This document shows positions 14,101-27,589 of a stretch of DNA of 64,000 nt, one piece after another; position 1 is the first letter of the stretch, and the number at the start of each line of letters is the position of its first letter. The position numbers were made by a program, and so were the translations under genes. Under the pieces are notes generated by a model. The model had not been told where the DNA came from. It saw only the letters and a program-made list of their open reading frames with translations, and made no database searches. Origin of the DNA: Acanthaster planci (Eukaryota); assembly GCF_001949145.1 (NCBI RefSeq), contig NW_019091362.1, positions 1,061,838 through 1,125,837 of the forward strand, in the 5' to 3' direction.

Positions 14101-15854
14101 GACACAGTAAATTAAAACATACCAAATCATTTGAGAATTTTACAACAGTATTTTGNNNNNNNNNNNNNNNNNNNNNNNNNNNNNNNNNNNNNNNNNNNNN
14201 NNNNNNNNNNNNNNNNNNNNNNNNNNNNNNNNNNNNNNNNNNNNNNNNNNNNNNNNNNNNNNNNNNNNNNNNNNNNNNNNNNNNNNNNNNNNNNNNNNNN
14301 NNNNNNNNNNNNNNNNNNNNNNNNNNNNNNNNNNNNNNNNNNNNNNNNNNNNNNNNNNNNNNNNNNNNNNNNNNNNNNNNNNNNNNNNNNNNNNNNNNNN
14401 NNNNNNNNNNNNNNNNNNNNNNNNNNNNNNNNNNNNNNNNNNNNNNNNNNNNNNNNNNNNNNNNNNNNNNNNNNNNNNNNNNNNNNNNNNTTAGGTCCTT
14501 TTTTCTGGCAAGCATGATCCCCGCGAAAAAAAACGTTTACCAGCAAAAGGACGTATGTATGCAACTATTTTATTTTAATGAAATGTGAAGATTTCTTGGC
14601 AAAATAAAAAAAAAATTCCCAAGTCCTTTAATAAGTTGTTCAAAGGTTGCTTTTTTGTACAGCCTGTGTTGATTTTGTAGTAAATTACATCCATTTTTAC
14701 TAAATAAAGACAGTGTCTTTCTTATGCCTTTTTGCGGGAACATTTTTTCTGCTGTGATCATGTTTCCAGGCAAGAGGGCGTAAGCGCACTTACGCCCTTC
14801 TGCCGGGCACCTGACGAATTCTGGTTTCCCCTACTACTGTCTATCTGCTGTGTTCCCATGACCTACATTCTGTGGCTATGTGGTCTAATCAGACATAGTC
14901 CAGAAGAGATTTAAAGCCTTCCTTCTGCTGCATGGTTTATTATTAGTCTTGACGTTTCCCAGCACTTAGTACACATGTAGGGCCCCACACAAAAAGTACG
15001 CTTCTGTTAATATTCCTGGTCGGGAGTTAAGCCGGTGAAATGCTGGGGGTAGTTTTTATCCTCGGTGAAAGTCGCACAACTTGTGAGAAAATTCTGAGGG
15101 GGGGATTTGAGGAGGTTAACATGAGCGCAAGAACTTTTTGCAAATTCTGTATTTTGTACATATACGGATGGTGACATACATGGACATAAAGGTACTGGTA
15201 CATGTACATACATGTATGTATGACAGGCCAATTGCGATCTAAAGTGGTGTTCATTCATGGACATTTGCTATACCAGAACCACACACATTAAAAGTATCCG
15301 TACACTGCACCGGTACACTGTGCATGTAAGAAATCGTGTTCATGTACATATACATGTATGCTTTTGAAGGTGTACATCTATGTGTACATCTAGGCACTGT
15401 TTTCAGTCATGTATGTACATGTACATTATGGAACATAAACATACAATCGACATTATTTATTTGTCACTTAAGGGCCAACAGGTTGTTACAGTATAAACTA
15501 CATGTACAGTACATGTACATGTACTGTACCTGCACAGACGCATTGATTTAGCAGCACTCCAAATACTTTCAATAAACTCATTTCATGGCTGTGCCCTCCG
15601 GACAGAGTTTAGAGGGGGGCTAATTTATTCAGGTGTTCCCTCTTGACCCACAAATGCAGTGATCTGAGGATTAAAGAAAATTCACCTGGAATGCAGAGTT
15701 CTCTGATCTCCCCCCCCCCAAGCTGGTGCTTGGTGTTGCTTAAGTCCTGCCATATCAGCAATCTCATGAATTACTCCCAACCCAAATTAATTGCATTAAC
15801 TGAGCCAGGAAGTGGAACGTGCCAAAATGACACATGCGGGGTCTTGGCACCTGA

Positions 15855-15868
15855 TGACCTTTTGACCC
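15855..15868 (-). promoter_or_regulatory. Perfect DR2 candidate RARE (GGGTCA-aa-AGGTCA)
   Basis: tgacct tt tgaccc on +. Confidence 0.45.
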
Positions 15869-16274
15869 CCAAACTCTGTTTCTTTTCTTTAAACAGACTC
15901 ACATAATTTTCAAACCTAAGTGGATGTACTCGCACATGTACATATTTTGTACATGTACTGGATTGCAGGTGCAAAACGAGTAACTTTACAATTACGAGTG
16001 GATTTACATGTAGCTTTTTTTGGGGGGGGGTAGAAAAAGAAGGAAAAATGAAACTCGGCCTCGAAATGTGATACCCACATTTGAATCCTTTTGAAATTCA
16101 GTATGCCTTGAACATTCTATACTTACCAGGTATACCCGTACTTATTCATTGTTTACACGTGTGGAGCATGTGTGGTAATGTACTTGTAGAGTAATTGTTT
16201 AGTATGGTATTGTGGCTCCTGTTTGGTTAGATTTGTTGAGGTTGTTCAATTTGTTGCTGGCTTGCTGATTTTCA

Positions 16275-16500
16275 TACCCAATTCCCTTTCCACAACTTCT
16301 GATTTCTCTGCCCAATAGGTGTGTGTGCATGTAGGCCTATATCATGCACACATCCTTTCCATGAGCATCTGTGTCACATGTATTGCTACCCAATTCCCTT
16401 TCCACAACTTCTGATTTCTCTGCCCAGTAGGTGTGTGTGCATGTAGGCCTATATCATGCACACATCCTTTCCATGAGCATCTGTGTCACATGTATTGCTA
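16275..16500. repeat. Tandem duplication of a 112-bp unit (2 copies)
   Basis: tacccaattccctttccacaac...cacatgtattgc starts at 16275 and 16387, with one visible mismatch. Confidence 0.95.
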
Positions 16501-16820
16501 TGTGATCAGGCCAGATGTGTGAATAAACTGTATTTAGTCATTTCACACCATGCTTCACAACTTATTATAGGGCTGATGAAACATTGGCTTCATCCACCAA
16601 ACGGTAACTCCCATTGGTGGACATGTTATTCCTGGCCGTAACTAATACTTTATGACAGAGCCGTAGATTGACATACATATATAATGCACCTGTACATTGT
16701 ACATGTTTCTCTGGCCTGTTTCATATTATTTTTTTCCCTCTAATCCATGATAAATAACTACATATAGGCTTACACGTACAAGGCAAGATAAAATATAGTG
16801 GGTTTTGTTACCTTTCAGGT

Positions 16821-16858
16821 TGAACCTTGTAACCTGGTACGCGTGTGACCTGTGACCC
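16821..16858 (-). promoter_or_regulatory. Perfect DR1 (GGGTCA-c-AGGTCA) with adjacent imperfect DR3
   Basis: tgacct g tgaccc (16846-16858); tgaacc ttg taacct (16821-16835). Confidence 0.4.
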
Positions 16859-18169
16859 TTGTGCATGTTGGGACGAGATGGAAAAAAAAAAGTAATTTCA
16901 TCCTATTAAATAGACAGCAGGTGTTCAATTGTTTCCCACATACTGGAGGAATACACCAAATATTGGTACATATTTTAGGAAAGAGCAAAGGTTCTTCTTG
17001 AAACAACAAACCTGGAAATAGCTTTGAAATAGCCTCAATGTTGAATATTCATGAATCATGCAAGTTTAACTACATACCGTACATGCACATGTATATACTA
17101 TATGTTTTGTTAATTTTAACAGAGGTGCTTTGTAAGTACCAGTACATGTAATTGCTTGCAGCTTTTTCTATGCAGCTCTCAAATGTTAAAAAAAAATATG
17201 TGACCTTGACATTTCGGGTTAGAGGAGGCTTCACACCACGCACTTGCAATTGGCTTATTAAGTTAGAGTTCATTTCTGCTTTTGCCTGTACATACACATC
17301 AGCCGTCACATTATGACATGTGGGAGTAATTGGAGATAGGTCTTTACATCGCCTTTTTGGGGGGGGTTGAGATGGTGCACATTATTGAACTCTAGCCAGC
17401 CAAAGAATCAGGTTCATTGATGGAAAAGTCCTGGATCGTTTCATCGGCTCAACTGCTTCCAGTGTGCAAGAGAAGGGAGCGGAGGGGGAGAGAGAGAGAG
17501 AAGTTAGGTCATACTGTAAGAATGCTCCTGCTGCTTGATGTAGTCACTTGAGTTTGTCCAGCAGGGGAGGGGGTTTCAGGTTTCTGTGTGGGGGTCAAGG
17601 CTGGCCAAGGCTGGCCAAGGCAGGGTATTACAAGGATGGAATGGAGCTGAATGAATGCTGGGATCCAGTGTGTGGCCGGGCTGTGATTTCACCCAGAAAG
17701 CACTGGCCTAGAGCCCTGGGATATCAATGCTGCAGCAGCAGGGATCCTCCTTGTGAGGTGTCATAAAGAAAGAGAAAGAAAATTAAAGGAACTCTGTAAA
17801 TTTGAGCAATTTTTGTTTGTACAAAGGTTGATATATGGTTCGTTGCTGGGGAGTCGTTTAAAGTCGAATAAATAATTATTGAAGAGACTGTATAATGATT
17901 CTGCTAATGGGATCCAGAGATCCTCACATAATATCCGTGGTAAATCTGCTTTGCCTGAAGTAGATGTTATTTTGCCACACTTTTGTCACTTTCCAAAGCT
18001 TCTCCAAATAAGCGTTTTGTGAGTTACATTTTAATAGAATCTGGTACACAGAAGCCATGAAGCTCGCAGACTATTTTATATGTGGCTGTGACTTCAACAT
18101 CAGTGAATTTTGCCTGGTACTTGTGTGTATACTTTTTGCATATATGCACCAGGCAAAATCGTTGAGTGA

Positions 18170-18327
18170 CAACTGAAAAAAGTTGGAAATTCCCAGCAGC
18201 TCGGTCTTTTGTTCCGAGTATGGTCTTTCGTTACAAGATCCAGCTCTTTTGTCCGATTTCGGGCACCCCATTTGTGCATGTAAAGCCAATGTCTCTGAAA
18301 CCGGGCTCCCTGACAGCAAGTGGTTAA
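18170..18327 (+). mobile_element. Partial copy of family A repeat (right end, finishing aagtggTTAA)
   Basis: Shares gaaattcccagc.gctcggtcttttgttccgagta...tccagctcttttgtccgattt...cagcaagtggtta with about 4507-4663. Confidence 0.7.
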
Positions 18328-18716
18328 GAAGTAGCCGTTGCCTGAACTTGTATGAATGATGCATCAGAATCCTGCACACCTCTGCTTACACGCAAAAGTT
18401 GGGGGTGATGTATATTCATGTCATATTGTGGCGTGGCATTTTCATCAGTGTTGACTGGTTGAAGGAGAAACTTGCTGTCCCAGGAAGCAATGAGCAACTA
18501 AACCAGGGTTTGGGCAAGTAAAAATTGATATTTAAATGAGACATGTCGTCAATGCAGGAAGCCAGCCGCTAAGATCGCTGACTGGCCAGAGTATGCACGC
18601 CTTTGCATTTGAATATACCGTTCTGACCACAGGTTGTTGGTGTTGTCAGGTGTTTTTTTGTTTGGTGAAGATTGAAAAAGCTCGCAATTCCAGCAGATTT
18701 CATATGCAGCAACGTC

Positions 18717-18890
18717 TGAGACGGAGGGAACCCCCCTGCTTTGTGTTGGTCATTGTCTGGCAGGAGTCTGGGGAATTCCTTTCAGACATCTTGGGGGGAC
18801 GTGTTAAGTAACAATAGTCTGGAATGTGTATAGGCATTGGACATGTTGGGGGGGGTACCCCTCGGTTTCATTTTTTGCTGGGTATAGCAG
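18717..18890 (+). repeat. Interspersed repeat, family C
   Basis: taagtaacaatagtctggaatgtgtataggcattggacatgttggggggggtacccctcggtttcattt is a near-identical reverse complement of 56529-56613. Confidence 0.7.
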
Positions 18891-21800
18891 ATTTATTGCA
18901 TGCTGCACGGTTAGGACCAATTGGTAGGGGCCTAAACCGCCTAAACCGCAAAGGTGTTCAGCATTATGCCATTGGTTTTGAGCTTGAAAACTTTCTTCGA
19001 AAAAATTTGATACATCAGTATTATTAGACATTGAACAGTTTTCTATTTGGCTCTCCCAAATGGTCACCCCAGAATTTCACTGCGAATAAACATAATCACA
19101 CCAAAATTCAATTGTTCTGATGAACTGAAAGCTTGTCAGATCATCGGGATTGCTGGTTCGTTACTTGCTGTTTGTGCCTCTTTTCAGTGAACGCCCTACC
19201 GGTAAATGGTTAAGTCATGCGCTTCTTTTTGTTTGGCTTTTGTGTTAATGTTGAATCAGAGGTACATGTGTCAGAGCTTGGCATTTGGACTGAGTTGCCA
19301 TGCTGCCAAATAGAAAGGTTCCTGTCACTAGGTTCATTTCTTACTACACCAAATCAATTGCACAGACCAGCCACCAACTAAGAGCAGTGTCTGCCTGTTG
19401 TCATAGTACTGGCGCGGTATGTAGCACCTCACAAGCTGTAAATGCTGTGCCACCCCTCAGTGTCCAGAATGGAACAGGCCATTGTCTAGCACCAAATTGT
19501 TTCCAGTTGACAGACAGCATGTGCCTGTGACCCTATTGTGGGGTCAGCCTTTCCCTCAACCACAAGATGACCTCAAATGGCCTAATCTTCTCAAGGACAG
19601 AAGGTCTCATGTTTGGCAACAATGGGTTGAGAATTGGTTTGGGAAGGGATATAGAACAGGACGAACAGTTATAGATGCATGTACACTCAGACTCAAGACA
19701 TGTCCCCACACAGTTATGGAATTGGAATCTCTTTTCATGCGGACTGTTGAGTTGTTTTACTGCTTTCAAACTGAACAGGGAAAAAAAATAGTAAAAATTG
19801 GCTGTCATTGGTAGCTGACTGACTTAGTCCTTCATGGCAATGATGCTTCTGTATGGAATGTTATCATTTCAGCTTCTGGATGTATTAACAATGCTGTATA
19901 TGTCAAGTACAAAGTGCAATGAGCAGATAAAAAAACCACCTATTTGGTGTTTAGAAGTTCTCTTATTTTTCCAAATTTCCTCAGACGTTATGTGTGAGTA
20001 ATAATTTTTACAAACCCACTGCTGTACTTCTACTAAGTACATGCATGTATCTTTCCTGGTAATGCATATCCAATATCACTCAGGAAATAAGTTTTTGAAA
20101 AAAAAGAAAGTGAGTTTTGTTGTGGTTAGTTTGGCCCATGTGTTCTGTTCCTTTTGTTTTTTCAGCATCCAAAAAGGGCGTTTCCCATTTGAATATTAAG
20201 AATGGTTCTTTTCCAAGGGTACTTTTATCACCGGATGTATCTGTCACTCCAATAAAGTTTGTGTGAGCGGAATCCTGCATTAGTTTCAATGTGAACATTT
20301 CATGGATTTGGGTGTGTGTTTGTGAATGGGGGGGGGGAATTGCATCGATCAATTAGTCGGCTGGAGACTTTCAAATAAAGAAGAAAAGAAAACTGGTTTT
20401 TTTTTTGTGGGCACACACTTGATCTCTCTGATCGGTCTGACTCATCTGCCCTTCTCACGCAAAATCATGGCAGAGTTGAAGTGCAGTGTGGAGGATAAGC
20501 TGTGATGTGGATGGATTACTTCGCCCCAAAATATCACACCCCTTTGCTCATCATGCCAGACTGAATTTGTTGTGTTGAAAAGATGTGGACGGCAAAGATC
20601 TGGCATTGATCTGAGCTTGCATTCTGCATAAGCCGACCTCAAGCGTAAGCGAAGTGGTGAAATTATTTCATTTAAAAAAATACATGCACAGATGTTTGTC
20701 ATTGTTTTGCCCTGCTTGCAAAATTGGAGATTTTCTGAAATCTTTAAAAAATATCATCGAACCAAACAGTTCAACTTCAGTCAGTAATGCGTTGTATGCT
20801 CAAAAGCGTAAGGATGCTTAATAGCCACAGGGCACCAGACATGGTTATGAGTTGTGGTTGGACTGCGACAGAGAGAGAGAGACACAGAGCATGAGAAAAG
20901 CCTCTCGTTCACTCATTCTTGGAGAGCAGGCATAATAGAGGGGAAAAAAAGATCACAGTTGGGCCTTGAGCACAGAAGCCACGGCACTCGGAAGATGCCT
21001 CAAGAACCCCAGACATAATTAGATGAGACGAGAGGTGTATCCCTGGTCGGCTGCGCATTCTTGCGGTTAGGCAAGCTAGACTGGAAAGGGAGTGAGTGGA
21101 GGGGGGGAGTTTGGGGAAAGACCTACCCAGGATTCCACGCTAATTTGCGGTTGCCATGAATGGAGATGGGGATACCTGGGAGGGGTTTTAAAGGGACACT
21201 TATCGTTGATGTACTAAATTTCACGCTGTACGCACACCTCACATGCTGTTACACCGTGTTATTTGCCAGTACATTGTACATATTGATCCATCATGCTCTG
21301 ATATGGTGGGCCTCAACAGTGGTTGAAAATCCTTTGCCTAACATCCAAACCAATTATGTTAAATGCATGTATTTTATTTACATGTATGTATTTTATAAAT
21401 GTACATTATGCATACATCACACAGGTACAGGAACAATGTACTGGTACATTTGCCCATAAATTTACTCACATATGGATCAATAGGTACAAACACTTGTTCC
21501 ATTCATGTGCCCATTTTGTCTCTAGAGACAAAAACTGATATTTGAAATTGCACAATGCATCTACACGTATCACTACCTTTTCTGCTTCCCCTTGAACTGT
21601 TTAGAGAAGTCTTCAACCTTTTCATGCACTTGTGTATTGGAGGCCATTGTAGGTCTCCCATGTGTTTTGAGTGGAGTGATAAATTGCATTTAGTTGTACT
21701 GTCACTGCTATGTACTGTATGTAGATGTGTTACATTGACGGGTACATTTATTTCAATGCGTTGTGTGAATACTTCAGCTATCCATATTGGACAAGTGTTG

Positions 21801-23273
21801 ATAACGAAGTTCTGCTTGTTGTATTTTGGTACAAAGCTTGATTTTGGTCTCAGGTTGTGACTTATAACATACATTCTGAGTAAATGTTCTTCTGGATCTT
21901 ACTTTTATACAGCGTGTGCTTCACATACATGTACATTATGCATTCAGTGATCTACAAGTACCCTGGTTCAGTTTATTTGTACATGTATGCCTTCTGTACA
22001 TAGTCACGTACCGGTTAAGCTTTGCCAAACCCCCTTGGTTTAGTTTTTTATGGAGACAGTGACCTCCTTTTTGGCATTTCCTATTATTCTGGGAATGGTG
22101 TCATTTCCTATTTGGACATTCCAGCAGGGTCACTCTTGAAAGGTGCAAGGTCAGGCATGATGTCATGGGCAACTTGGTTTGTTGATTAATGTGGGAAATG
22201 TAGTTTCATGAATTTTGTGCATAGGTGATCTTGTCTGCACAGTACTGTACTTGTGAACTGCGTAATATTCGTGTATAGCAGGCCTACATTTAAAGGAGAT
22301 ATGTACAATGATACTCTCTCCTGTTGGTAGCCATTGGCACCCTGTTTGTGTTGTTGTCACAAGCATTTTTCTAATCACTTGTGATGTCTCCCGCTAAATC
22401 CATAGACTTCCTGAAGAACTCCACACACAAAAGCCTGTTTGTACCTCACAAGCCCCAATGGTGCCCTAGAACTTCAGAAGGCCGTAAAATTGACGCCACC
22501 ACCCCACACTTGAAGGGCACAAATGGTGGCTGTGACCTCGCAGGAGACAAGGAGGGTCTACCCCCCCTTCCCATCTGGGGGGAGGGAAAAATGAATGATG
22601 AATGACTATAAAGAAATGAAGCTGAAGGATAAAGGGGTGGGCAGAGGGCTTGGAGGGGAGCAACAAGATGAGGTATCCCTCTTGGTTGCCCTGATGAGAA
22701 CCACATGCGCTGAGGCTTGGTAGTCCCTGCGCACGTGCTGTATTTGCTAATGTATCGCCCTTGACACTGGAAGACACTCCTGTTGACTCTATCGAGTCTT
22801 TTTTTTTTTTCATTTATTTTTTTGGCTACAAAATACCAAATTTGTTTTTTGCAAGCAACCAGTTCTGCAGATTTCCATTTCAAAGTCTTTATGCACATGT
22901 TAAATAGTTCACATGAATTGCTTAATCCTTCTCATCCAACTCACTGGTAACTACTAACTACTGGTAGCATGGGTTAATATTGGAGATTGATTGTCCATGT
23001 ACATGTATAATGACAATCGTCTCCCTGGTAAGCAGCGCAAAGGAGAAATTAAGGACCAACAGCCTGGCACAAAAACTATGAATTAAGTTAAAAGGTACCG
23101 GTACCAAAACAAAAAGCCAACAAATACACAAAAGCACTTTCATAATCTTCATTAAGTGGCTTTATCAACTTTTCCTGTTTACTTAAGGAAAATATACGAA
23201 CACTTCTTACAGGGCATTTTCATGTAGTATTGTTATAATTGGTGTTTGCCACTATACAAAATGCATTACATGC

Positions 23274-23458
23274 TTGAAACAAGTGTTCAATCCAACCTTA
23301 TACTTCGACATTTTCAGTGCTAATTAACCAATTTAAAGAACACCTTTTAAAAAATGTTGAATACCGACACATGAATTGTTAATGAACTCCTTCAACATTA
23401 GATTTAGTATTTCAAATGCCGGATTTAAAATTTGAAATGCTGGATTGAACACTTTCAA
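23274..23458. mobile_element. Short MITE-like element with terminal inverted repeats
   Basis: aagtgttcaatcca (23281) and tggattgaacactt (about 23440-23453) form a perfect 14-bp inverted pair, extended by ttgaaa/tttcaa. Confidence 0.55.
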
Positions 23459-24549
23459 TGTGTAGTCTTTGACTGCACAAATGCAAGTGTTGGATTCCAC
23501 ACTTCGGATTTTAGCCTGTAGAAAAATGGCACATCAGCTCTGAACATTATGCTGCCATCCACAGACTGTCTGTCTGAAACTTGTACTTCCAACCATTGTA
23601 GTTTTGTATCCCTCCTTATAGTCCTGCAAACGCTAACACTGATAGAGACAAAAGGACTTGAATCAAGTCTATTTGTCCTCTGCTCTTCTGGTTGCCACAA
23701 TCCCGGGCAGATGTTAACGTTCTCCGGGGATTGCATCATAAATTTATCATGACAAATTCATGATGAGGCCCTGCCTTCTTTTGACCAGGAGCAGCAGGGG
23801 GAATTTTAGTTGACGTGGTGGTATTTTGCAATCACAAAGGGAGAGGAATTGATGGAAAGGATAGGTGTTGCGAGGAGCAGCCCTCTGGAAATGGCAAATA
23901 ACATGTCTGTATCCGAAGGGAATTCGTAGAAACAGTTTACACTGAGGATAAATAGGAGAAATTGTTAGGCTGTTTGTGTAAGTCATGTTTGAGAAAGACG
24001 ACATATTCTCAAGTCTCTCCAGTTTTCTTATCTGCTCATGGCCTTTCACTACTCATTAGGTTTCATTGTTGGATGTTTCCTTTGTGAAATGTCACAAATG
24101 TGGTGGACCTTCTTTTGGTTGTTGTTAAAGCATCTTCATGCCTCTGTAGCAAATGAGTTACAATGTCTAACTTTAAAAACTGCAGTGTGCATACTGGTAC
24201 ATACAGCACTTGTCAGAAACTCATTTTTCACATGAAGTTAGAGTACTGTGAGAGCAAATGCGACATGGTTATGGGTTGGGCAAATGCTTTTGCATAGGGA
24301 AGAAATAGATCATCTGGTTTCCATGTAAATTCATAATGACAGGTGTCGGCCAGAACTCCCTGATGTGTTCACGTGTGACGGGGAGTATGTGAACAGATGA
24401 TTATTGGTTTCCAGTTCTTCAAAACATTTCCCCCAGCAGTTAGTATTACATATAAGTTCTGAAATTCAACCTTCAACTGTATTGCCAAGGGTTTCTCTGT
24501 TGACGGCTCCATCTGACTGCTATTGTATCCGTTTTTGGTCTCATTCCAG

Positions 24550-24806
24550 CAAACCTACATGTACCACCTTCTCCCAAGCCGGGTCATGCCCACAAGTGGG
24601 TGGTGAAAACAGAACCTTCCGACTCGGCCCCACCCAGCCCCAGCAGCTGGGTGCAGCTCAAGTTCAAAGTGGAGAAGTTTGCCCTACAGAAGCTGGGCGG
24701 ATACCCGGCCCAGCAGGAACTGGTTCCCTCCTCCCTGCCCCACCATATACCCCACCCCCACCAGGACCCCATGAGGGCCCTGGCAGAGCCGATGCAGGTG
24801 CACCAG

Positions 24807-24838
<32 letters not shown>

Positions 24839-24972
24839 GCAGCAACAGCAGCAACAACAACAGCACCAGCAGCAACAACAACAGCAGCACCAGCAGCAAC
24901 AGACCACACTGCCAACATCGTCAGCAGCTGTGTCGTGTGGCATAGACATGAACATGAACATGAATGCTAATT
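24550..24972 (+). CDS. RAR: RAR N-terminal A/B-domain exon with poly-Gln tract (423 bp, phase 1-1)
   Basis: Acceptor gtttttggtctcattccag and donor t|gtaagt at 24973. Open frame NLHVPPSPKPGHAHKWVVKTEPSDSAPPSP...HQ20HQ7HQ4TTLPT...MNMNMNAN joins in frame (T+AC = Tyr) to the exon at 32399. Confidence 0.8.
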
Positions 24973-27338
24973 GTAAGTATGACAAGAGGCGCAGTTGCCA
25001 ATATGACGACCAATGTTGTCAGATTTGTTTGCATCATTGGCTCAACACATCAGTTCACCATTTGAGAATGAAAGATTGAATTTTAAAAATTAACGTTCAT
25101 CATTCCAGTGACACTTATTAACAGTTGCTTGAGCTTTCTGATTGTCATTGGAAAACAATAGCATCTTGGAGTAATTGGATGTTTAATGGATAACCTGCAG
25201 ATCAGTGATAATAAATATTGATGTGGCGTAACAATGGGCCATCTGTGCAGTGGGTATTCGCCCAAATAAATGATTCCTTCCTGTCAGACAAGGTATGTCT
25301 CCATATCCAAGGCTTTAGACCTTTTCACGACTTGCCTGCATCAAAGTCAGACAGGCGCAAAGAAATTCTGTTAGATTTCAAAGAGGAGAAGGACTTTTGT
25401 CCAAAGCTTTTGGTTGTGACTGGGAATAACAGGTGGGGCAGTGGAAGCCATTTGCTGGCGTGCCTGCAACCATGCACCACCTAAGGTATCGTACAGCCAG
25501 TTGATTTGAACATGACTGTACCTTTTGGCTGTCACCCCATTCTCAGTTCACTCACTTAGTTCATAGGAAAACTTCCAGCTTCTAGAATGGCGTCTGATCT
25601 GGAAATTCAAATACCCTCAATAAAATGTCATCCTGTCACTGTTTCACCATGGAAATGTAAGCAGAAACATTTCATATATTACACCATTTTGCAGTGGACT
25701 GAGCCTTTTAGTAGGTAAAGTGTCAGATTGAATTCAATCTGACAATCTGGATCATAAACCAAAGGTTTTGCAATTTCCCCAGGTGTGTACTGTGCTTCTA
25801 GTTTCCAAAGGATTAATCATGAGATTTGACATTACTGTAGTGACACCCAACAGATTTTTGGCTCTTCTTATGAGTTGAATTTCATCAACACTGGTTTTTA
25901 CCCACCGTTTGAAATTCTGGAAACATGAATTGTTCAGGGTTGTTGTAGTCCTTCAGTACTGTAAATAGCCATTGAAATACTGTCAAGAAGAGAGGCGATT
26001 AAGTTGGGGTTTGCCCATTTTACCATCCTTTTCCAAGCCTACACAACCTTCTCTTTTCTCTAATGGCTGATCAACATTTTCCACGTTTTTTAAAAGTCCA
26101 CACAAACTGTGATCCTTCAGAATCCCGTGTTCTGTAGGCTTGTGCAAAGGATCTAAAAAAAATGGATGGCCCCATATGCACAGTTCTTCTAAGTTACTGC
26201 TTGAAACAAAACAGCAGCATTTTGCCTGACAATAATAAGTTTCATTGGCATTCATTGGATCATGCAGACTGCATGTCAGTGGTTTTCATTCTAAGTACAT
26301 GTACATGTACATTTACCTGTATGTTCATTCTTAATTTCTCACGCGTGCACATTCCAGAATGCTTTGATACCAAAGAAAAGCAGGGGGAAAGAGAGAAAAG
26401 CGTTCTCAACTTCAGGTTTGTCTGCAAGGTTCAAAGGTTGAAGGGGAGTGCCGTACCTGTATCAGCCCTGTAAATTATATCATTAGGCTGATTCAGCAGG
26501 AGTCCGGCCAAGGGTTGAATGGTGTGGGAAATGAAGTCTGGCCAGATAGAGTGCAATTTTTGTTCCTCGGGGACCTGGGGACCTAGAAGGGGGGAACAAG
26601 TGTTTTTGGAGGTTGGGGGAAAATTGATTGGGAGAGTGTGCCGATTTGAGGGAGGGAAGCACCGTAGTTGGTAAGTCACTACAGTATCCATATGGATGCC
26701 AGTAGTACTTGTCAAACAGAACTTTTGAAGTGGGACTGAAGTTTTGTAGTTTATAAAATTTTGATCAATTTCGAAGAAGTCCAGAATTCTAGTGCTTTGA
26801 CACTAAAATGCACTTTTTAAGGTAAGCAGTTGCCAGCAGAAATATGCAGGCCTATCCGTATTGGAATCCTTGTATATGTACATGTATGGTACATGGACAT
26901 GTGCACCAGCAAGACGTAAACTTGACGAGTTGGATTTTGATCCAGTAAGGTTAATACTTCGTTGTCAGAACAAACTGAAAATAAGATCTGCAAGAAATGT
27001 TTCAATGAAGTGAATTAGCACTTGAGATAAAGCACCGATGTGCAGTTGGAAGAAAAGTCTAGATGGAAGTCTGTAAGGTGCCGTTTTAAAACAGCAGACA
27101 CATTCCATGCTTTACTGATATGTCACGTAATGCCACTGTACCAAAGACAGGGGGTCTACCTTGTTTAAATATTTGAGGTAGAGCAATGTATGGCCAAATG
27201 AAGGCACAAAAGTACGTGTAAGTTCTATTTAAACAAGAACTGAAGGTCATGGCCAGTTGAAAAATCACCGTATAGATACGTATGTACTGTTCATGCACAT
27301 GCGCATGCTCTTGTTGCTGATGTACCGTTTTTACAATG

Positions 27339-27589
27339 GGGTAATTCTTTAAATCACAAGTCCAATTTTTTTCGTGTCCCCGTCATATCTGACGTGATTT
27401 TGCAAGTTCAGAACCCAATCTGTTATTTCCAAGAGTGATGAATTAATGCAAATTACCTGCCAAACAACTAGTAATACCAGTAGTTTGAAATGAATTCCGG
27501 TGATACACTCCTGTGAAAGAACACAGTTCAGGGGGAACAGGGGACACAGAAATGTCATACTTTTGGACCCTGAATTTCTGGAATGACCC
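27339..27589 (+). mobile_element. Diverged family B MITE copy
   Basis: Reverse-complement match to 59447-59690 (gagtgatgaattaatgcaaattacctgccaaacaactagtaat; cttttggaccc.gaatttctggaatgaccc). Confidence 0.8.

Noticed and set aside
14033..14564. ORFs consisting mostly of X (also 46754-47116 and 30316-30516)
   Set aside because: Artefacts of N gaps.
17440..22760. GA-rich and GC-richer patches (about 17470-17760, 20860-21190 and 22500-22740) as extra promoters or exons
   Set aside because: I could not establish convincing splice-site pairs or coding frames from sequence alone.
24404..24985. Poly-Ala/Thr, poly-Cys and poly-Leu ORFs
   Set aside because: Alternative frames and strands of the CAG/CAA tract; only the poly-Gln frame joins the RAR DBD exon in phase.
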